Below are positions 58,754 to 64,000 of a stretch of DNA of 64,000 nt, one piece after another. Position numbers and translations under genes: made by a program. This stretch comes from a virus (lineage: Duplodnaviria; Caudoviricetes), in the IMG/VR virus record IMGVR_UViG_3300031555_001469. The stretch is one strand, 5' to 3'. The notes beneath the pieces were generated by a model. The model did not search any database. It had not been told where the DNA came from and saw nothing but the letters and a program-made list of their open reading frames with translations. Positions within the stretch are counted from its first letter, which is position 1; the number at the start of each line of letters is the position of its first letter.

Positions 58754-60866
58754 AATTCTTTACGTACTTGACCCTGGTCACACTAAAGATTATAATAAAG
58801 GTGTAGCGCCGGGATATTATGAAGGTAACAAAATGCAGATATTAGCAGCTGCTCAGAAGAAATATTTAGAGCAGTATGGAATTACTGCAATACTTACTAA
58901 GGAATCTGCTAAAGAAAACCCTAGCTTATCTGCTAGAGGCAAGTTAGCAGTTACCAAGGGAAAAGGTTATGATATCGTAATCTTTGAAAGCTTACACACA
59001 AATGCTCCTGGTTCTGGAGATAGAGAAAAGATTTATGGAGTAAAGGCTATCAGATCTAAGTATTTACCTGATAGCGATCCGTTTATCACAACTCTTATGA
59101 ATACAGTGGCAGAAACAATGAAAAAGGGTACTGGTGTAACTTATGTAAGAAACACTGGTACTAGAATGGGCTCTGATGGAAAGACTGATTATTATGGTGT
59201 AATCAGAGCAGCAGTTCAGAGTGCTACTTCTGTAGAAAAGGCAGCTAAGGGGCCTGTTCAGTATGCATTTATTACAGAACATGGATTCCATACAAACTCT
59301 GCAGAATGTGCTTGGTTAAATGATGAAAAGAATTTGGATCTTTTAGCAAAAAATAAAGCAGCTAAGATTGCTGAATGGTTTGGTTTAGCTTCTACTGATA
59401 AGGATGAAGAGGAAGATGAAATTCTTACTTCTATTATGGGTGCAGCTTCCTGTACAGCAGAACAGATGGCAGCTTATTTATTATCTGTAAACCCTAATGC
59501 AGGTGTATATGCTACTGATATCCCTAAGTTATTCCTTGAAGAAGGAGCAGTTGAAGGAGTAAGAGGAGACATTGCATTTGCTCAGTCTTGTCATGAGACT
59601 GGTAACTTTAAGTTTACTGGTGATGTAGTTCCTGAACAGAATAACTTCGCTGGTATTGGTACTACAGGTGGTGGTGTTAAGGGTGCTTATTTTGAGAGTC
59701 CTAGATTAGGAGTAAGAGCTCAGATCCAGCATCTTAAAGCATATGCTACTAAAACTTTATTAAAGCAGGAATGTATCGATCCAAGATTCGGTCTTGTTAC
59801 AAGAGGTATCGCTCCGAATGTAGAAGACTTAGGGGGAAGATGGGCATATCCTGGTTACGCAACTTCTACGTACAATTCTTTAATTGAAGCAAAAGAAGCT
59901 AAGGATTCTTATGGTCATAAGATTGTAAAGATTCTTAACAAGATTGCTGCTATTGAAGTTAAAGAAGAAACTATCGAAGAAGATTCCAAACAGGAAGGCG
60001 AATTATACATCGTAGCATCCGCTTGCACTAAGAAGAGTGTATATGTGGATAGAGTTGGTGCCTTCAGATTATTAGACAATGCTATTGCTAAAGCAAAGTC
60101 TGAAAATAAGAAGGTATTTGCTGATAGTACAGGAGCACAGGTGTATCCTGAACCTGAAGTAAAACCAGTTGCTAAATATTATAGAGTAGCTAAGAATTTC
60201 ACAAATGGTAAATATGTTGGTCAGACCGGCGCTTTCAGTGTTTTAGTAAACGCTGTTAAGAATTGCGGAGAAGGTCTTCAGGTATTTAGCCCAGACGGAG
60301 AACCTTTATATCCTAAGTTTAAGAATACTAAGGTAGAAGGAAATCCTGGTACAATTCATATCATTAAGGACGGAGATTTTGGTGAAGGTGTTGAACTTCA
60401 TTATACTCCAGAATATGGTGATGCTAACCTTGATAAAGTTCATGGTCCAGCACACTTAGGAAATGTATATGATGTAGTAGGTACTGTAACTTATAATGAT
60501 AATACATTCTATTTATTATCTAATGGGAGTTACATTACCATATCTACCACATACGTTAAGTTTACTAAGAAAGAAACTAAGTTAACTTATACTGCTGGTA
60601 GATATAAAACAACTGATGTTATGGCATTAAGAGAAGGCCCTGGTACTACTTATGACAGGGTAGATTGGAATAAGATGACTGCATCTGCTAGAAAAAATAA
60701 TCCTGATAAGGGCACTGGTGCTTATTATAGAAAGGGTTGTACTTTCTATGCTTATGAAGTAGTAAATACAGATAAGACAGCTTGGGCTAGAACCCCATCT
60801 GGATGGATTTGTATTGAAGGTCCAAATAAGAATAAGCAGGTTAAGTATTGTACTCCTGTAAAATAA
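58746..60866 (+). CDS. Multidomain peptidoglycan hydrolase (Amidase_3 + GH73 glucosaminidase + SH3-like), probable endolysin
   Basis: LDPGH...SLHTNA...EHGFHTN; AQSCHETG...NNFAGIG; C-terminal LREGPG...GWIC. Confidence 0.85.
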   Translation: MSKILYVLDPGHTKDYNKGVAPGYYEGNKMQILAAAQKKYLEQYGITAILTKESAKENPSLSARGKLAVTKGKGYDIVIFESLHTNAPGSGDREKIYGVKAIRSKYLPDSDPFITTLMNTVAETMKKGTGVTYVRNTGTRMGSDGKTDYYGVIRAAVQSATSVEKAAKGPVQYAFITEHGFHTNSAECAWLNDEKNLDLLAKNKAAKIAEWFGLASTDKDEEEDEILTSIMGAASCTAEQMAAYLLSVNPNAGVYATDIPKLFLEEGAVEGVRGDIAFAQSCHETGNFKFTGDVVPEQNNFAGIGTTGGGVKGAYFESPRLGVRAQIQHLKAYATKTLLKQECIDPRFGLVTRGIAPNVEDLGGRWAYPGYATSTYNSLIEAKEAKDSYGHKIVKILNKIAAIEVKEETIEEDSKQEGELYIVASACTKKSVYVDRVGAFRLLDNAIAKAKSENKKVFADSTGAQVYPEPEVKPVAKYYRVAKNFTNGKYVGQTGAFSVLVNAVKNCGEGLQVFSPDGEPLYPKFKNTKVEGNPGTIHIIKDGDFGEGVELHYTPEYGDANLDKVHGPAHLGNVYDVVGTVTYNDNTFYLLSNGSYITISTTYVKFTKKETKLTYTAGRYKTTDVMALREGPGTTYDRVDWNKMTASARKNNPDKGTGAYYRKGCTFYAYEVVNTDKTAWARTPSGWICIEGPNKNKQVKYCTPVK

Positions 60867-60884
60867 AAAAGAAATGAGGGAACC

Positions 60885-61640
60885 TTAAACGGTTCCCTCA
60901 TTTTTGTGTGTAATAGGATTATATACATAATCTACTATAGTCAAATATACATTATATCCATTTACTTTAACACCACTTGTTGTACGAGTATATTGAAATA
61001 TAGTACCTGTTAAATAATTTATCAAAGGTGCTGGATCTTGGAATATTCCTAATGATTTAATAACAAATGTCTCGACAGTGCTATCCTTTCTATTATCAAT
61101 AGTAAGAATTAAACTATCATTGCTAAGTAATTCGTCATAATTTATATTGAATATCCTATTAGGAATAATTCTCTTTAATATATTAAAATAAGTATATTTT
61201 TCAGAAGCTTTGATATAATTATATTCTTGCATCGATTTTCTATATAAATCTAATACAAATGAATCCACCATAAACTTCAATCTCATTTGAATAATATGCT
61301 GATTGTCTGTTACATATTTAATAGCTAATTGATCAGCAACAAGTTCTAATTCATTCGGATCAGATTTGACTAAGTCTTGAGTCGAATGTATTAATTCATG
61401 AAAGATTGTATGAATTATAAATGTCTTATTAGCATCATCGGAATCACCAATATAAACCAATGTATTTACATACAAGGTAATTTTATTTGGAAATGTAAAT
61501 AATCCAAATCTTGGTATATTAGAGTGATCATACTCCAGCTGATAATTTTTAGGATCTTTCCCCATTATTTCACAGCATAATTTAAAAGCTGGTCTAATAA
61601 AATCGTCAAAATCAACTAAACTTAAATAATGTCTTTGCAT
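60885..61640 (-). CDS. HExxH metallopeptidase-like early protein
   Basis: FHELIH...ELVAD; early motif at 61667-61681. Confidence 0.5.
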   Translation of the reverse strand: MQRHYLSLVDFDDFIRPAFKLCCEIMGKDPKNYQLEYDHSNIPRFGLFTFPNKITLYVNTLVYIGDSDDANKTFIIHTIFHELIHSTQDLVKSDPNELELVADQLAIKYVTDNQHIIQMRLKFMVDSFVLDLYRKSMQEYNYIKASEKYTYFNILKRIIPNRIFNINYDELLSNDSLILTIDNRKDSTVETFVIKSLGIFQDPAPLINYLTGTIFQYTRTTSGVKVNGYNVYLTIVDYVYNPITHKNEGTV

Positions 61641-61705
61641 AATTTTAATCCCCTTTCTTATTTTCACATAAATATAATATATAGTTTAAAAGGAGGTTAA
61701 AAGAT

Positions 61706-62470
61706 ATGGCTAATAATATAACCGATTTATTAAATAAAGCCGAACGTAGATTAGGTCTTAGACAAATAAATCTTCCTAAAGATTTGGCTAAAGATACTTG
61801 GGCTGATATTATCGAAGAAGATACTTTACCTACATGGTCCAGATTCTATCCTCATAAAATAAGAGTTAAATTAGGTCCAGAGTTTAGAAAGAATGGATAT
61901 TATTTCTTAGATAAGGTTATCCCAGAAGGCTGTAAAATTATAGGTGTAAAAGATATTGGGTGGGATGAATATTCTACAAATGGTTCTACACCTGGTCAGT
62001 CTATGGGGTATGGCGTATATGATTATTTAGCATCAGGTAGTTTAGATTTATCTGATTTGATGCTTGCTCAATGTGCTGCTGATGTACAATCATTATTCTC
62101 TATGGGAATATATATTGATTTCCAGGCACCTAATAAAATTAGACTGGTTAATGTATATAATCAGGCAGTAACTGGATATGGAAGTAGTTTCCCAGTAGAT
62201 ATTTTCTTGCAGCATAATATTAATCTGAGTACAATATCTCCTACAAAGATGGAGACATTTGAATCACTTGCTATAGCCGATATAGCAAATTATTTATATG
62301 AGAATCTGAAATATTATGATGGATTAGAAACCATCTTTGGTAATGTAGATTTACATCTTGATACTCTTCAGACTTGGGCTGGAAAGAGAGAAGAAGTTGT
62401 ACAGAAATTAGAAGATTCTTATGTATCTGCTGGTAACGAAAACCAGCCTATCATGATGACAATTAATTAA
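61706..62470 (+). CDS. Putative neck protein (T4 gp13-like)
   Basis: N-terminal ERRLG and overall size; late motif CACA-N6-TAA at 61665-61677. Confidence 0.4.
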   Translation: MANNITDLLNKAERRLGLRQINLPKDLAKDTWADIIEEDTLPTWSRFYPHKIRVKLGPEFRKNGYYFLDKVIPEGCKIIGVKDIGWDEYSTNGSTPGQSMGYGVYDYLASGSLDLSDLMLAQCAADVQSLFSMGIYIDFQAPNKIRLVNVYNQAVTGYGSSFPVDIFLQHNINLSTISPTKMETFESLAIADIANYLYENLKYYDGLETIFGNVDLHLDTLQTWAGKREEVVQKLEDSYVSAGNENQPIMMTIN

Positions 62471-62503
62471 AAAATAAAAGAGGGTAAGAGCTAATCAATG
62501 CTC

Positions 62504-63262
62504 TTACCCCATTAATCCGTTCATCTTATCGAAGAACGATGTGTTCTTTGTAGGAACCTTTCGACCCTCTACACCTCTGACCTGTTGGTCTTGGTCTATA
62601 CGGTCATCAATAGAACCAGTATCTTTAATATTCTGCATACTATAAAGATTGGTTCCGAACTCTGGTCTCTGAAGATAATTAATCATATTCTGTGCAGACT
62701 GAAACATGTTTAAACTCTTCAATATGTATAATATACCCTGAAACTCATCAAAGGTTATATCTACATAATTTTCATAAGATGATAAATACAATCTTATACC
62801 AGTAGCATAATCGCCGTTAGGAAATGATATAGCTTTTGGAATAGCTTCTAGCCATTTACCCATTGGCAAGTATTCAATTTTAATAGGACTTACTGATCTT
62901 TGGACTACTAATTCGCCATCTTCTTTTCTAGCAAATAAACCATGGAACTTCTTGTCCACAAACCAGTTAAAGATATCTTCAAGCATAGCTACTAATGATA
63001 AATAATGGTTAACGCCTACCATTACATATGCTCCTCGATAATCTTCTATTGATAAAAAGTATTCAAAGTTTCTAGTCATATTATAAACTACTTGATTAGC
63101 TTTATCATAGAAGTATCCTACTTCTTTATGATAATTAACCCTACCCTTATTATCAGAATAGGTGTTTAGTTTCACATTTAGTTTTATAATAAATCTACCA
63201 TTACCGTAGACCACATCACTTATTTTTTCATAATCTTTATTTTCTATTTTAATAGGTTGCAA
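62504..63262 (-). CDS. Hypothetical protein
   Basis: 252-aa ORF; late motif at 63284-63296. Confidence 0.55.
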   Translation of the reverse strand: MQPIKIENKDYEKISDVVYGNGRFIIKLNVKLNTYSDNKGRVNYHKEVGYFYDKANQVVYNMTRNFEYFLSIEDYRGAYVMVGVNHYLSLVAMLEDIFNWFVDKKFHGLFARKEDGELVVQRSVSPIKIEYLPMGKWLEAIPKAISFPNGDYATGIRLYLSSYENYVDITFDEFQGILYILKSLNMFQSAQNMINYLQRPEFGTNLYSMQNIKDTGSIDDRIDQDQQVRGVEGRKVPTKNTSFFDKMNGLMG

Positions 63263-63357
63263 ATTATCACCCCTTTATTATAATTAATAATAAGTTTCCG
63301 AAAAAATAAAAATATATACAGGGGTACTTTTATTGTACCCCTGTATGAGAATTTGAT

Positions 63358-63987
63358 TTAAGCTACTACAATCTGGGCTCCGCCTTCAAAGAAGTTGAAG
63401 TTTAACTTGGTGTATCTGCCGTTGATAATTCTATCAGTGGTTAATACAAAAGTATTCTTATCAACTACACTTGTGAGCTTAAAATCAAATGGGTTGGCTG
63501 GAGCATCTCCTAAGTACTGAGATAACTCCTGGAGTGTATCAAAGTTGTCGAACGTTCTAGAAATACGTTCGCCAATTGTTTTCTTCATCTCTTTATTCTT
63601 TACCATAAAGAGAGAAGATGTATCAAAATAGGCTCCGATATTTGGAGTCCAATTGATGTCTTCCCCATGACATCCGCAGTTTGGATCTGTGCACTTATGT
63701 TCATGGGCTGTTTCTTCCTTCTTAGCTTCTTCGGAAGATGCTGCAGAATTCTTAGCATTCTTCTTATCCTTCTTAGAAGTCTTATTCTCCTTAACTGCCG
63801 GAGCTTCTGTTGGTCTCAGAGTTTTCTGAGCACCCGTTGGTGTCGGATTTTCGGTCATCATTGCCTTGCTAAAATCAAGTTCGATCTTACCATCAGGTAA
63901 AACTTCCTTGATAATAGGAGCAACTGGATCAAGGGCTGCCTTGAGGTTTTCTACGATCTCATTAGCCTGTTCCTCTACAGCATCCAT
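63358..63987 (-). CDS. Hypothetical protein, possibly 5'-truncated
   Basis: ORF runs near the window edge; terminator hairpin at about 63317-63345. Confidence 0.5.
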   Translation of the reverse strand: MDAVEEQANEIVENLKAALDPVAPIIKEVLPDGKIELDFSKAMMTENPTPTGAQKTLRPTEAPAVKENKTSKKDKKNAKNSAASSEEAKKEETAHEHKCTDPNCGCHGEDINWTPNIGAYFDTSSLFMVKNKEMKKTIGERISRTFDNFDTLQELSQYLGDAPANPFDFKLTSVVDKNTFVLTTDRIINGRYTKLNFNFFEGGAQIVVA

Positions 63988-64000
63988 ACCGTTATCAGAG

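Noticed and set aside
1-64000. Stop-codon reassignment, selenocysteine recoding, tRNA or rRNA genes
   Set aside because: Genes are long and dense in code 11; TAG/TGA stops sit at plausible gene ends; Cys tracts have no in-frame TGA; no tRNA cloverleaf was recognised by eye (tRNAscan not run).

Overview
AT-rich 64-kb segment of a jumbo myophage genome, probably of the phiKZ/AR9(PBS1)-like supergroup. The host is probably an anaerobic Firmicute, judging by strong AGGAGG ribosome-binding sites, NrdD/NrdG and an amidase+glucosaminidase lysin. The window encodes a split multisubunit RNA polymerase beta' subunit, a probable major capsid protein, a prohead protease, a paralogous internal-head protein family, baseplate and tail parts, a GroEL-like chaperonin, primase, dCTP deaminase, FolD, and an anaerobic ribonucleotide reductase whose nrdD is interrupted by a 297-nt ORF-less group I intron. 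Two phage promoter classes can be read from intergenic DNA: TATATTATA-N4-TG (7 copies, early-type) and (A/G/C)AC(A/T)-N6-TAA (about 24 copies, AR9-like late type). The most striking region is 46.3-58.5 kb. There, two radical SAM/SPASM maturases sit next to three very large Cys-rich proteins (about 46, 57 and 80 Cys) and a CXXX-system accessory protein, interleaved with tail-fibre genes and all under late-type promoters. This suggests a phage-encoded RiPP-like system that post-translationally cross-links virion or tail proteins. Also seen: a likely programmed -1 frameshift in a tail/baseplate assembly gene, several unannotated small ORFs, and two candidate small RNAs. All family assignments come from motif recognition by eye; no database searches were run.
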